In this document: positions 13,024-25,300 of the stretch, one piece after another
Position numbering within the stretch: position 1 is the stretch's first letter
Layout: every line of letters starts with the position of its first letter
Source of the DNA: Nemertoderma westbladi
Lineage: Eukaryota; Animalia; Xenacoelomorpha
DNA length: 64,000 nt
Assembly: GCA_032718475.1 (NCBI GenBank)
Contig: JAUCBJ010006781.1
Span: forward strand, 94,371 to 158,370
Direction: 5' to 3'
The notes under the pieces: model-generated
What the model was told of the DNA's origin: nothing
The model's input: the letters and a program-made list of their open reading frames with translations, nothing else
Database searches by the model: none
Made by a program: the position numbers and the translations under genes

Positions 13024-15000
13024 CTGGAAATAAAGTAAACAATGACATAAACCTGGAAATAAAGTAAACAATGACATAAACCTGGAAATAAAGTAAACAA
13101 TGACATAAACCTGGAAATAAAGTAAACAATGACATAAAGCTAGGAAATAAAGTAAACAATGACATAAACCTGGAAATAAAGTAAACAATGACATAAACCT
13201 GGAAATAAAGTAAACAATGACATAAAGCTAGGAAATAAAGTAAACAATGACATAAAGCTAGGAAATAAAGTAAACAATGACATAAACCTGGAAATAAAGT
13301 AAACAATGACATAAACCTGGAAATAAAGTAAACAATGACATAAACCTGGAAATAAAGTAAACAATGACATAAACCTGGAAATAAAGTAAACAATGACATA
13401 AACCTGGAAATAAAGTAAACAATGACATAAACCTGGAAATAAAGTAAACAATGACATAAACATGGAAATAAAGTAAACAATGACATAAACCTGGAAATAA
13501 AGTAAACAATGACATAAACCTGGAAATAAAGTAAACAATGACATAAACCTGGAAATAAAGTAAACAATGACATAAACCTGGAAATAAAGTAAACAATGAC
13601 ATAAACCTGGAAATAAAGTAAACAATGACATAAACCTGGAAATAAAGTAAACAATGACATAAACCTGGAAATAAAGTAAACAATGACATAAACCTGGAAA
13701 TAAAGTAAACAATGACATAAACCTGGAAATAAAGTAAACAATGACATAAAGCTAGGAAATAAAGTAAACAATGACATAAACCTGGAAATAAAGTAAACAA
13801 TGACATAAACCTGGAAATAAAGTGAACAATGACATAAACCTGGAAATAAAGTAAACAATGACATAAACCTGGAAATAAAGTAAACAATGACATAAACCTG
13901 GAAATAAAGTTAACAATGACATAAACCTGGAAATAAAGTAAACAATGACATAAACCTGGAAATAAAGTAAACAATGACATAAACCTGGAAATAAAGTAAA
14001 CAATGACATAAACCTGGAAATAAAGTAAACAATGACATAAACCTGGAAATAAAGTAAACAATGACATAAACCTGGAAATAAAGTAAACAATGACATAAAC
14101 CTGGAAATAAAGTAAACAATGACATAAACCTGGAAATAAAGTAAACAATGACATAAACCTGGAAATAAAGTAAACAATGACATAAACCTGGAAATAAAGT
14201 AAACAATGACATAAACCTGGAAATAAAGTAAACAATGACATAAACCTGGAAATAAAGTAAACAATGACATATACCTGGAAATAAAGTAAACAATGACATA
14301 AACATGGAAATAAAGTAAACAATGACATAAACCTGGAAATAAAGTAAACAATGACATAAACCTGGAAATAAAGTAAACAATGACATAAACCTGGAAATAA
14401 AGTAAACAATGACATAAACCTGGAAATAAAGTAAACAATGACATAAACCTGGAAATAAAGTAAACAATGACATAAACCTGGAAATAAAGTGAACAATGAC
14501 ATAAACCTGGAAATAAAGTGAACAATGACATAAACCTGGAAATAAAGTAAACAATGACATAAACCTGGAAATAAAGTAAACAATGACATAAACCTGGAAA
14601 TAAAGTAAACAATGACATAAACCTGGAAATAAAGTAAACAATGACATAAACCTGGAAATAAAGTAAACAATGACATAAACCTGGAAATAAAGTAAACAAT
14701 GACATAAACCTGGAAATAAAGTAAACAATGACATAAAGCTAGGAAATAAAGTAAACAATGACATAAACCTGGAAATAAAGTAAACAATGACATAAACCTG
14801 GAAATAAAGTAAACAATGACATAAACCTGGAAATAAAGTAAACAATGACATAAACCTGGAAATAAAGTAAACAATGACATAAACCTGGAAATAAACCTGG
14901 AAATAAAGTAAACAATGACATAAACCTGGAAATAAAGTAAACAATGACATAAACCTGGAAATAAAGTAAACAATGACATAAAGCTAGGAAATAAAGTGAA
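13015..15000 (-). repeat. 29-bp tandem array (about 68 copies) of the UCP last-exon acceptor junction
   Basis: Minus-strand unit GTTTATGTCATTGTTTACTTTATTTCCAG; the real exon starts GTTTATGCCGTCGTTTA. Degenerate copies continue to about 15160 and at about 18850-18895. Confidence 0.96.
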
Positions 15001-15167
15001 CAAAAGCAAAAATACGGAAAATTAGGTAAAGAACAGCTTAAAGTTTGAGAATAATGTCACCGATGACATTAAAATGGAATATAAAGTAAATAAGGATTAA
15101 ACTTGGAAAAAATCAAACAATGGCATAAAACTGTAAATTAAAACTGAGAAATAAAGTTAACTTAATG

Positions 15168-15184
<17 letters not shown>

Positions 15185-15209
<25 letters not shown>

Positions 15210-18200
15210 ATAAATTCCCGGCTTACGCCCCGGTGGCTATATTCACTTAACCGCAAAATAAAATGTTCGTGCACTGGTTAAAAGAAGAACAATATGTGAC
15301 AGAGGGTAGTATATGAATTAAAAATATTTAAGGAAGATGCCAAATCATGACTTTAAGATTAATATAGATTACCATATTATATGCCATAACGTTCCATTAC
15401 TATACAATATCTATTATTATCGCGTATCTATTTATTAACGAATATATGAAAAACCCCGTCACTTGTAAACAAAATAGGATAGTGTACAGGTAAATTATTG
15501 CACAAATGTAAAAAATTAAACAATTTATAATATATAGAGCGATAGTGTAATAAAATCATAGAGCGCGTTATATAATAACGTTCAACTAAATAAATGATTA
15601 TATACTTTTTAAACAAAAATTAACGATCATATTACGATCATTACAATTAAAGTCGAAAATAGTGTCATAAAATATCAGTCACTTAGTTATTTTTTATGGT
15701 AATTAATCTAAATAAGAATCAAATAGTAACTGTAATAGTTAGTAACAAGAAAAAGTGAGGCTTAATAAAAATATTTATAATTCGATTAAATTGTATCAGA
15801 AAATAAATAAAATATGAAACAAGCACGCATACATGTACTGTATGTTATGATGGATGCTAGATGCACAAACTGTTGTATATATCTATACCAATATACCAAC
15901 TATAAAATAATAATAACAATATCATTAACAATATATATATATATATTAATCTCATAGATTATATGATAAAAAGAAGACTTTATGGTTAGAAACGGTGTCT
16001 AAATCAGTCTGTAAAAGTTTGATGTGTAGGTTTAGTCTAGCCCAAAGAACGATAATATTGTAGTATGTTTGGATGTATGGTCATTATTGCAGTTGTTTAG
16101 GATTGATCGGAAATAAGAGCTATGAAACTTTTCTTTGAAGGTTAGGGGGATGTTTCCAGCTTTAGTTCTGACCTTTGCTCCTTTTAACACCTTCTTCACA
16201 CAGTATTGTGAGGTAGCAATACTAGTGAGTGTCGGGAGACCTTCTTGCCACGATAAAAGTTCATGGGGTGGTGCGTCCAGTGGTTCAGCTATTTCTGATT
16301 GTGGGGACATTGAACACGCATCTATAGTTGCATAGTCTGTACTTTCATCAGTATCACTCTCAAAGGTAAATTTACTGCTCCTGCTCTTCTTTTTGTAACG
16401 TTTCGACTTTTTCTTTTTTGACTTTTTGTTGCTGTTTTTGTTATTATTCAAGATAGTTTCTTTGGTGATACCTTCATTCCTTAGTTGTGTGTTGTCTGAG
16501 TGAGTAGTCTCTGAGTCTGAGTCATTGTGATCTTTTCCCTGCATGGGATTGGTCGAATTACAGCAAAATCTACAGGTAGATGTAGGTTGTTGTGTCTGTA
16601 ACTCGTCTAGGCCGTTTTCCATGGCATCCACCTTATTTTGTGTTACTCGCAATTGGCTGTTTATTGTTTTCACTTCGACTTGCAGGTTGGCTACAAGGTC
16701 CACAAGTTGGAAAAGGCTGAAGGTGTCGAGGGTTCCTATATGCACCCTTTTCTTAAAAATGGGTGTAATTGCGGAGCTTTCAGCAACCAGTGCAAACTCA
16801 GCCACGTCAGCTGCTAGTTCATCAATGGAGCGACGGTTTATTGCACTTATGTTGAGGCTTGGAGTGCTCCCCAGAATATTTGTCTTTATATGTTCAAAGA
16901 GCATCTTTTGTATGTTATTTAAAGATTCAAGGCCTATAGGTAATAGTGCCCGAATAAGTATGTCTTTAGGGTTCCTTAGAATATTCGAGTCGATTAGAAT
17001 TTTTAATACATCCAGTGCTGTGTTTGCTTTTCGCAATTTTGTGTGGCTCCCTTGGAAGCCAGCGTTGTGGATTTCATTCTGGGTGGATTCGTTTTGAGAT
17101 CGGGTGTGTGGGGCATGGTGACCCTGGGATTTATTTGTTGGTACTCGTCCAGTTGTGTTCTCTGCAGATTTAGTTTTTTGTTGTTTGCCGGTCTTTATTC
17201 CAAAGTTTGGGCCAGTGTTTAAGAATCTTTCATCTTGAGGTGCATTTGGTTTCATTACCGATTTTCTTTCTATGGAAGTTGCCATCCAAACTCTACCCTG
17301 TGCACATTCGTTATTTGTCATTTTCTTGGCAAAAACGTTATTTTCTTTAGGGAAAGCAAGCATATAGGAATACACACACACGAAAATCCCACAGTCGACG
17401 TTATTTGTTTGCTTTGGGAATTGAGACATGTTTGGGGCTTGTATTGGGCGCCATTGGTCAAAGTTTAGACTTGAGGGTAAAGTTTTCGTAGAGGGGGTCA
17501 GGTTATCAATTGTGTTAAGGACGTTGCATAGTGCTTTTGTTGTGTTTGTGTAATATGGGTTTCCCATTGGACAGAGAGTATAAATTTCTTTGTCCTTAGG
17601 GATAGCGACATGTAATACAAAGTGCCCTATTGGAGTATTAGAATATTGTCTACACTCTGGGATTAGCAAAATTTCTATGTCTGGTCGTTTGTATCTACTA
17701 CTGGCAAATTTGACCAAGGAAAACATATCACTTAGTGGTGTACTGAGCTTGGTCGAAAACTCTGTAGGTAAAATGCCTACACGAAAATTTGTGCTTTCCT
17801 CTAGGAGGTAGAGAACGGAGTTTACTAGTGCATCGTTTATACATGTACCTGGGCTCAACAAAATCATATCGTCCTTTGTAAGTTTGGTTAAAATATTCTC
17901 CATGTTTGTTGGCTTGCACTTTGTATTTAATAGAGTCAAATATTTCTCACTAGCCAGGAAACGTTTAATTTTAACTCGTTTTTGATCTTCATCACTGTTG
18001 TCTATCGGTGGGTGGTACGTTTCATACAAAAGTTCGATGGGATTGTGGTCGTCATCGCTTAGGAGATCATCTCGGTTCCTTGGCTTGATCTTCTCCGAAA
18101 CGTCACCTCTGTGTTCGGCGGATTCGGCCAGGTTCCGTGGGTTTATCTTCTCCGAATCGTCTCCACGGTGTTCGGCAGAATCAGCCCGGTCCAGTGGATT

Positions 18201-18812
18201 TACCTTCTCCGAAATGTCACCGTGGTGTTCGGCGTGATTGATCCGATCCTGTGGGTTTATCTTTTCAAGATCGTCGCTGCGGTGTTTGGCGGAATTGACC
18301 TGGTTCCATGGGTTGATCTTCTCTGAATCATTGCCATCGTGTTCGGGGGAAATGGCACGGTTCCGTGGGTTTGTCTTCTCAGAAAGTTCTCCACGGTGAT
18401 CGGTGGAATCGGCACAAATCTGTTGGTTTATCTTCGCCAAATCGTCACCGCAGTGTTCGGCTGAAACAGCCTGCTCTCGTGGGTTTATCTTCTCCAAATC
18501 GCCAATGCGTCGTTGTTCGGCAGAAACGTCCCAGTCCTGTGAGTTTATCTTCTCTGAATCGCCGCTACGGTGTTCGGCAGAATCGGCCCTGTCCCGTGGG
18601 TTTATCCTCTCTGAATCGTCACCACGGTGTTCAGTGGAAACGGCCCGGTTTTGTGGGTTTATCTTCTTTGTGTTGGTGCCTGGTGGTGGTGTTCTCGGTA
18701 TCTCCCATTTAACCACCAGAGGCGATTTCATCGTGTGGCTTAATGTAGTAATGCCGTAATGTCGTAAGTAGTTATATTTAAACAGGATCGTTACAGCGCA
18801 TCAATTAGTAGA
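15185..18812 (-). mobile_element. Polyadenylated single-ORF retroposon (or retrocopy) in a UCP intron
   Basis: T35 run at 15171-15205 (A-tail on minus); candidate TSD TA+T14 at 15169-15184 and 18813-18828 followed by AA (TTTT/AA site); degenerate 29-mer copies on both sides. Confidence 0.7.
16032..18731 (-). CDS. 899-aa intronless protein: about 20-aa N-terminal repeats, Ulp1/SENP (peptidase C48)-like domain, coiled-coil region resembling non-LTR ORF1, basic/Ser tail
   Basis: Motifs CINDALVNSVLYLL, GHFVLHV (His) and PKQTNNVDCGIFVC (oxyanion Gln, catalytic Cys); repeats of the form EKINPRDRADSAEHRGDDS; heptads LVDLVANLQVEVKTINSQLRVTQNKVDAMENGL. Confidence 0.85.
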   Translation of the reverse strand: MKSPLVVKWEIPRTPPPGTNTKKINPQNRAVSTEHRGDDSERINPRDRADSAEHRSGDSEKINSQDWDVSAEQRRIGDLEKINPREQAVSAEHCGDDLAKINQQICADSTDHRGELSEKTNPRNRAISPEHDGNDSEKINPWNQVNSAKHRSDDLEKINPQDRINHAEHHGDISEKVNPLDRADSAEHRGDDSEKINPRNLAESAEHRGDVSEKIKPRNRDDLLSDDDHNPIELLYETYHPPIDNSDEDQKRVKIKRFLASEKYLTLLNTKCKPTNMENILTKLTKDDMILLSPGTCINDALVNSVLYLLEESTNFRVGILPTEFSTKLSTPLSDMFSLVKFASSRYKRPDIEILLIPECRQYSNTPIGHFVLHVAIPKDKEIYTLCPMGNPYYTNTTKALCNVLNTIDNLTPSTKTLPSSLNFDQWRPIQAPNMSQFPKQTNNVDCGIFVCVYSYMLAFPKENNVFAKKMTNNECAQGRVWMATSIERKSVMKPNAPQDERFLNTGPNFGIKTGKQQKTKSAENTTGRVPTNKSQGHHAPHTRSQNESTQNEIHNAGFQGSHTKLRKANTALDVLKILIDSNILRNPKDILIRALLPIGLESLNNIQKMLFEHIKTNILGSTPSLNISAINRRSIDELAADVAEFALVAESSAITPIFKKRVHIGTLDTFSLFQLVDLVANLQVEVKTINSQLRVTQNKVDAMENGLDELQTQQPTSTCRFCCNSTNPMQGKDHNDSDSETTHSDNTQLRNEGITKETILNNNKNSNKKSKKKKSKRYKKKSRSSKFTFESDTDESTDYATIDACSMSPQSEIAEPLDAPPHELLSWQEGLPTLTSIATSQYCVKKVLKGAKVRTKAGNIPLTFKEKFHSSYFRSILNNCNNDHTSKHTTILSFFGLD

Positions 18813-19100
18813 TATTTTTTTTTTTTTTAATTACGGGCTAGTGTTGTATAAGACTGGAAATAAAGTAACCAATAGCAAAAAACTGAAAATAAATTAAGAG
18901 TAATGTATCGGTCAGACTAAGCGATCGTTATCGGGTTGATTAGAATTGCTTGAATCAATTAATGTGGTAATAAGTGATTAAATAATTTGCAACAGAAGGT
19001 GCGCTCAAGGTTCGTTCGTTTACTAACCTCTCTGAGTGCAAACTGAAACGATTCACTTTACTTACAAATATATAAAACCTATAAATATTATGTAACTGAC

Positions 19101-19383
19101 CCTTTGTAAAACGTAAGGAGGCCGTTTTCTTTAAACATTTTCACGGTGCAGTCTATCAAACCGCGATACTGCCCGGGGGACGAATTCATGTAACGAGTTT
19201 TAATAACATCAACGGGAGACGCGACGCAAGTAGTAAACAGCCCTGCTGAGAAAGCCGAGACGAAATGGCAGGGAAAGTTATCCGACATGAGTTTCCGCTT
19301 CAGAATGGCCTCCTTTACGAGATCGTAACACACCAATTCGCAGCAGTTAACAACAGCGTTACGGGCCATATTGGGTGTCGTAC
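19101..19383 (-). CDS. UCP-like internal exon
   Basis: TTACAG|GT ACG ACA CCC; encodes (G)[24 protein letters not shown]...[14 protein letters not shown]...FYKG; donor GG|GTCAGT; 283 nt, phase 1 to phase 2. Confidence 0.95.
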
Positions 19384-22300
19384 CTGTAATAATTACCAAA
19401 ATAGTTACATGTATGTCGTACCTGTAATAAATACCAAAATAGTTACCATGTGTGACGTACCTGTAATAAATACCAAAATAGTTACCCTGTGTGTCGTACC
19501 TGTAATAAATACCAAAATAATTACCATGTGTGTCGTACCTGTAATAATTACCAAAATAGTTACCATGTGTGTCGTACCTGTAATAATTACCAAAATAATT
19601 ACCATGTGTGTCGTACCTGTAACAATTACCAAAATAGTTACCATGTGTGTCGTACCTGTAATAATTACCAAAATAGTTACATGTATGTCGTACCTGTAAT
19701 AAATACCAAAATAGTTACCATGTGTGACGTACCTGTAATAATTACCAAAATAGTTACCATGTGTGTCGTACCTGTAACAATTACCAAAATAATTACCATC
19801 TGTGTCGTACCTGTAACAATTATCAAAATAGTTACCATGTGTGACGTACCTGTAATAAATACCAAAATAGTTACCCTGTGTGTCGTACCTGTAATAATTA
19901 CCAAAATAATTACCATGTGTGTCGTACCTGTAACAATTACCAAAATAGTTACCATGTGTGTCGTACCTGTAATAATTACCAAAATAGTTACATGTATGTC
20001 GTACCTGTAATAAATACCAAAATAGTTACCATGTGTGTCGTACCTGTAATAATTACCAAAATAGTTACCATGTGTGTCGTACCTGTAATAATTACCAAAA
20101 TAGTTACATGTATGTCGTACCTGTAATAAATACCAAAATAGTTACCATGTGTGTCGTACCTGTAATAATTACCAAAATAGTTACCATGTGTGTCGTACCT
20201 GTAACAATTACCAAAATAGTTACCATGTGTGTCGTACCTGTAACAATTACCAAAATAATTACCATCTGTGTCGTACCTGTAACAATTACCAAAATAGTTA
20301 CCATGTGTGTCGTACCTGCAATAATTACCAAAATAGTTAACATGTGTGTCGTACCTGTAACAATTACCAAAATAGTTACATGTGTGTCGTACCTGTAATA
20401 ATTACCAAAATAGTTACATGTGTGTCGTACCTGTAATAATTACCAAAATAATTACCATGTGTGTCGTACCTGTAACAATTACCAAAATAGTTACCATGTG
20501 TGTCGTACCTGTAATAATTACCAAAATAATTACCATGTGTGTCGTACCTGTAACAATTACCAAAATAGTTACATGTGTGTCGTACCTGTAATAATTACCA
20601 AAATAATTACCATGTGTGTCGTACCTGTAACAATTACCAAAATAGTTACCATGTGTGTCGTACCTGTAACAATTACCAAAATAGTTACCATGTGTGTCGT
20701 ACCTGTAATAATTACCAAAATAGTTAACATGTGTGTCGTACCTGTAAAAATTACCAAAATAGTTACATGTGTGTCGTACCTGTAATAATTACCAAAATAG
20801 TTACCATGTGTGTCGTACCTGTAATAAATACCAAAATAATTACCATGTGTGTCGTACCTGTAACAATTACCAAAATAGTTAGCATGTGTGTCGTACCTGT
20901 AATAATTACCAAAATAATTACCATCTGTGTCGTACCTGTAACAATTATCAAAATAGTTACCATGTGTGTCGTACCTGTAATAATTACCAAAATAGTTACC
21001 ATGTGTGTTGTACCAGTAACAATTACCAAAATAGTTACCATGTGTGTCGTACCTGTAACAATTACCAAAATAGTTACCCTGTGTGTCGTACCTGTAACAA
21101 TTACCAAAATAGTTACCATGTGTGTCGTACCTGTAATAAATACCAAAATAGTTACCATGTGTGACGTACCTGTAATAAATACCAAAATAATTACCATGTG
21201 TGTCGTACCTGTAACAATTACCAAAATAGTTACCATGTGTGTCGTACCTGTAATAATTACCAAAATAGTTACCATGTGTGTCGTACCTGTAACAATTACC
21301 AAAATAGTTACCATGTGTGTCGTACCTGTAATAATTACCAAAATAGTTACCATGTGTGTCGTACCTGTAACAATTACCAAAATAGTTACCATGTGTGTCG
21401 TACCTTGTATTCTTGTATTCTTGTATATATATTTAGTGATTTAAAATTCACACGGTAGAACTCGTAGAGCACACCAAATTAAGTACATAAACCTAAAAAC
21501 TGCAGTATATCAAATAATTAAGTACGGGCCTACAGTTGTAAAAATTACGCAAATAAGGCACAAAATGCACATAACTAATAATAAGAAAAAAAACATTACA
21601 GTAAAAATATACATTGTATACAAATTGTGCAAAAACTGGCTAATTCTTCTGTTTAAATGGACAATGCAATGAAAGAAATGTAGTCCATTTAATTTATTTT
21701 AATACTTGTACCTTAGTTAGGGAGTTTGACTGGATAGGTCTCGAGTCAGTGTATCCAGGCGAGCCGGGACAATCTGGGACGGTGAAAAGATATGCATCAA
21801 GATGCTTTTTAAAAGTCTCCAGTGCGCAGCATGTCAAGTCTCTTATATGTTTTGGGATGGTGTTAAATAATTTAGGTCCAATAACACAAAAACTGTTGTC
21901 TATAAGAGAGGAGACGCGACATGTAGCCTTACTTGCAAGGGACGGTATGGTACAAAGTCGACCTCTGCGGATGTTTTTTGTAGATTTAATTTTATAGGTT
22001 AAATCTGAAATATTTGGAACTCTATTTTCGATAATTTTCCATGTATATATTATTATATACCTTTCTCTCCTCCGCTGTACCTGTAACAATTACCAAAATA
22101 GTTACCATGTGTGTCGTACCTGTAATAAATACCAAAATAATTACCATGTGTGTCGTACCTGTAACAATTATCAAAATAGTTACCATGTGTGTCGTACCTG
22201 TAACAATTACCAAAATAGTTACCATGTGTGTCGTACCTGTAATAAATACCAAAATAGTTACCATGTGTGTCGTACCTGTAATAAATACCAAAATAATTAC

Positions 22301-25300
22301 CATGTGTGTCGTACCTGTAACAATTACCAAAATAGTTACCATGTGTGTCGTACCTGTAATAATTACCAAAATAATTACCATGTGTGTCGTACCTGTAACA
22401 ATTACCAAAATAGTTACCATGTGTGTCGTACCTGTAATAAATACCAAAATAGTTACCATGTGTGACGTACCTGTAATAAATACCAAAATAATTACCATGT
22501 GTGTCGTACCTGTAACAATTACCAAAATAGTTATCATGTGTGTCGTACCTGTAATAATTACCAAAATAGTTACCATGTGTGTCGAACCTGTAACAATTAC
22601 CAAAATAGTTACCATGTGTGTCGTACCTGTAATAATTACCAAAATAGTTACCATGTGTGTCGTACCTGTAATAATTACCAAAATAGTTACCATGTGTGTC
22701 GTACCTGTAACAATTACCAAAATAGTTACCATGTGTGTCGTACCTGTAACAATTACCAAAATAGTTACCATGTGTGTCGTACCTGTAATAATTACCAAAA
22801 TAGTTACCATGTGTGTCGTACCTGTAACAATTACCAAAATAGTTACCATGTGTGTCGTACCTGTAATAATTACCAAAATAGTTACCATGTGTGTCGTACC
22901 TGTAATAATTACCAAAATAGTTACCATGTGTGTCGTACCTGTAATAATTACCAAAATAGTTACCATGTGTGTCGTACCTGTAATAAATACCAAAATAATT
23001 ACCATGTGTGTCGTACCTGTAACAATTACCAAAATAGTTATCATGTGTGTCGTACCTGTAATAATTACCAAAATAGTTACCATGTGTGTCGAACCTGTAA
23101 CAATTACCAAAATAGTTACCATGTGTGTCGTACCTGTAATAATTACCAAAATAGTTACCATGTGTGTCGTACCTGTAATAATTACCAAAATAGTTACCAT
23201 GTGTGTCGTACCTGTAACAATTACCAAAATAGTTACCATGTGTGTCGTACCTGTAATAATTACCAAAATAGTTACCATGTGTGTCGTACCTGTAATAAAT
23301 ACCAAAATAATTACCATGTGTGTCGTACCTGTAACAATTACCAAAATAGTTACCATGTGTGTCGTACCTGTAATAATTACCAAAATAATTACCATGTGTG
23401 TCGTACCTGTAACAATTACCAAAATAGTTACCATGTGTGTCGTACCTGTAATAATTACCAAAATAGTTACCATGTGTGTCGTACCTGTAACAATTACCAA
23501 AATAGTTACCATGTGTGTCGTACCTGTAATAATTACCAAAATAGTTACCATGTGTGTCGTACCTGTAATAATTACCAAAATAGTTACCATGTGTGTCGTA
23601 CCTGTAACAATTACCAAAATAGTTACCATGTGTGTCGTACCTGTAATAATTACCAAAATAGTTACCATGTGTGTCGTACCTGTAATAATTACCAAAATAA
23701 TTACCATGTGTGTCGTACCTGTAACAATTACCAAAATAGTTACCATGTGTGTCGTACCTGTAATAATTACCAAAATAGTTACCATGTGTGTCGTACCTGT
23801 AACAATTACCAAAATAGTTACCATGTGTGTCGTACCTGTAATAATTACCAAAATAGTTACCATGTGTGTCGTACCTGTAATAAATACCAAAATAATTACC
23901 ATGTGTGTCGTACCTGTAACAATTACCAAAATAGTTACCATGTGTGTCGTACCTGTAATAATTACCAAAATAGTTACCATGTGTGTCGTACCTGTAATAA
24001 ATACCAAAATAATTACCATGTGTGTCGTACCTGTAACAATTACCAAAATAGTTACCATGTGTGTCGTACCTGTAATAATTACCAAAATAATTACCATGTG
24101 TGTCGTACCTGTAATAATTACCAAAATAGTTACCATGTGTGTCGTACCTGTAATAATTACCAAAATAGTTACCATGTGTGTCGTACCTGTAACAATTACC
24201 AAAATAGTTACCATGTGTGTCGTACCTGTAATAATTACCAAAATAGTTACCATGTGTGTCGTACCTGTAATAAATACCAAAATAATTACCATGTGTGTCG
24301 TACCTGTAACAATTACCAAAATAGTTACCATGTGTGTCGTACCTGTAATAATTACCAAAATAATTACCATGTGTGTCGTACCTGTAACAATTACCAAAAT
24401 AGTTACCATGTGTGTCGTACCTGTAACAATTACCAAAATAGTTACCATGTGTGTCGTACCTGTAATAATTACCAAAATAGTTACCATGTGTGTCGTACCT
24501 GTAACAATTACCAAAATAGTTACCATGTGTGTCGTACCTGTAACAATTACCAAAATAGTTACCATGTGTGTCGTACCTGTAATAATTACCAAAATAGTTA
24601 CCATGTGTGTCGTACCTGTAATAAATACCAAAATAATTACCATGTGTGTCGTACCTGTAACAATTACCAAAATAGTTACCATGTGTGTCGTACCTGTAAT
24701 AATTACCAAAATAATTACCATGTGTGTCGTACCTGTAACAATTACCAAAATAGTTACCATGTGTGTCGTACCTGTAATAATTACCAAAATAGTTACCATG
24801 TGTGTTGTACCAGTAACAATTACCAAAATAGTTACCATGTGTGTCGTACCTGTAACAATTACCAAAATAGTTACCCTGTGTGTCGTACCTGTAATAATTA
24901 CCAAAATAATTACCATGTGTGTTGTACCAGTAACAATTACCAAAATAGTTACCATGTGTGACGTACCTGTAATAATTACCAAAATAGTTACATGTATGTC
25001 GTACCTGTAATAAATACCAAAATAGTTACATGTGTGTCGTACCTGTAATAATTACCAAAATAATTACCATGTGTGTCGTACCTGTAACAATTACCAAAAT
25101 AGTTACCATGTGTGTCGTACCTGTAACAATTACCAAAATAGTTACCATGTGTGTCGTACCTGTAATAATTACCAAAATAGTTAACATGTGTGTCGTACCT
25201 GTAACAATTACCAAAATAGTTACCATGTGTGTCGTACCTGTAACAATTACCAAAATAGTTACCATGTGTGTCGTACCTGTAACAATTACCAAAATAGTTA

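Noticed and set aside
12860-15009. MSLFTLFPGLCHCLLYFQ ORFs
   Set aside because: Artefacts of the 29-bp array.
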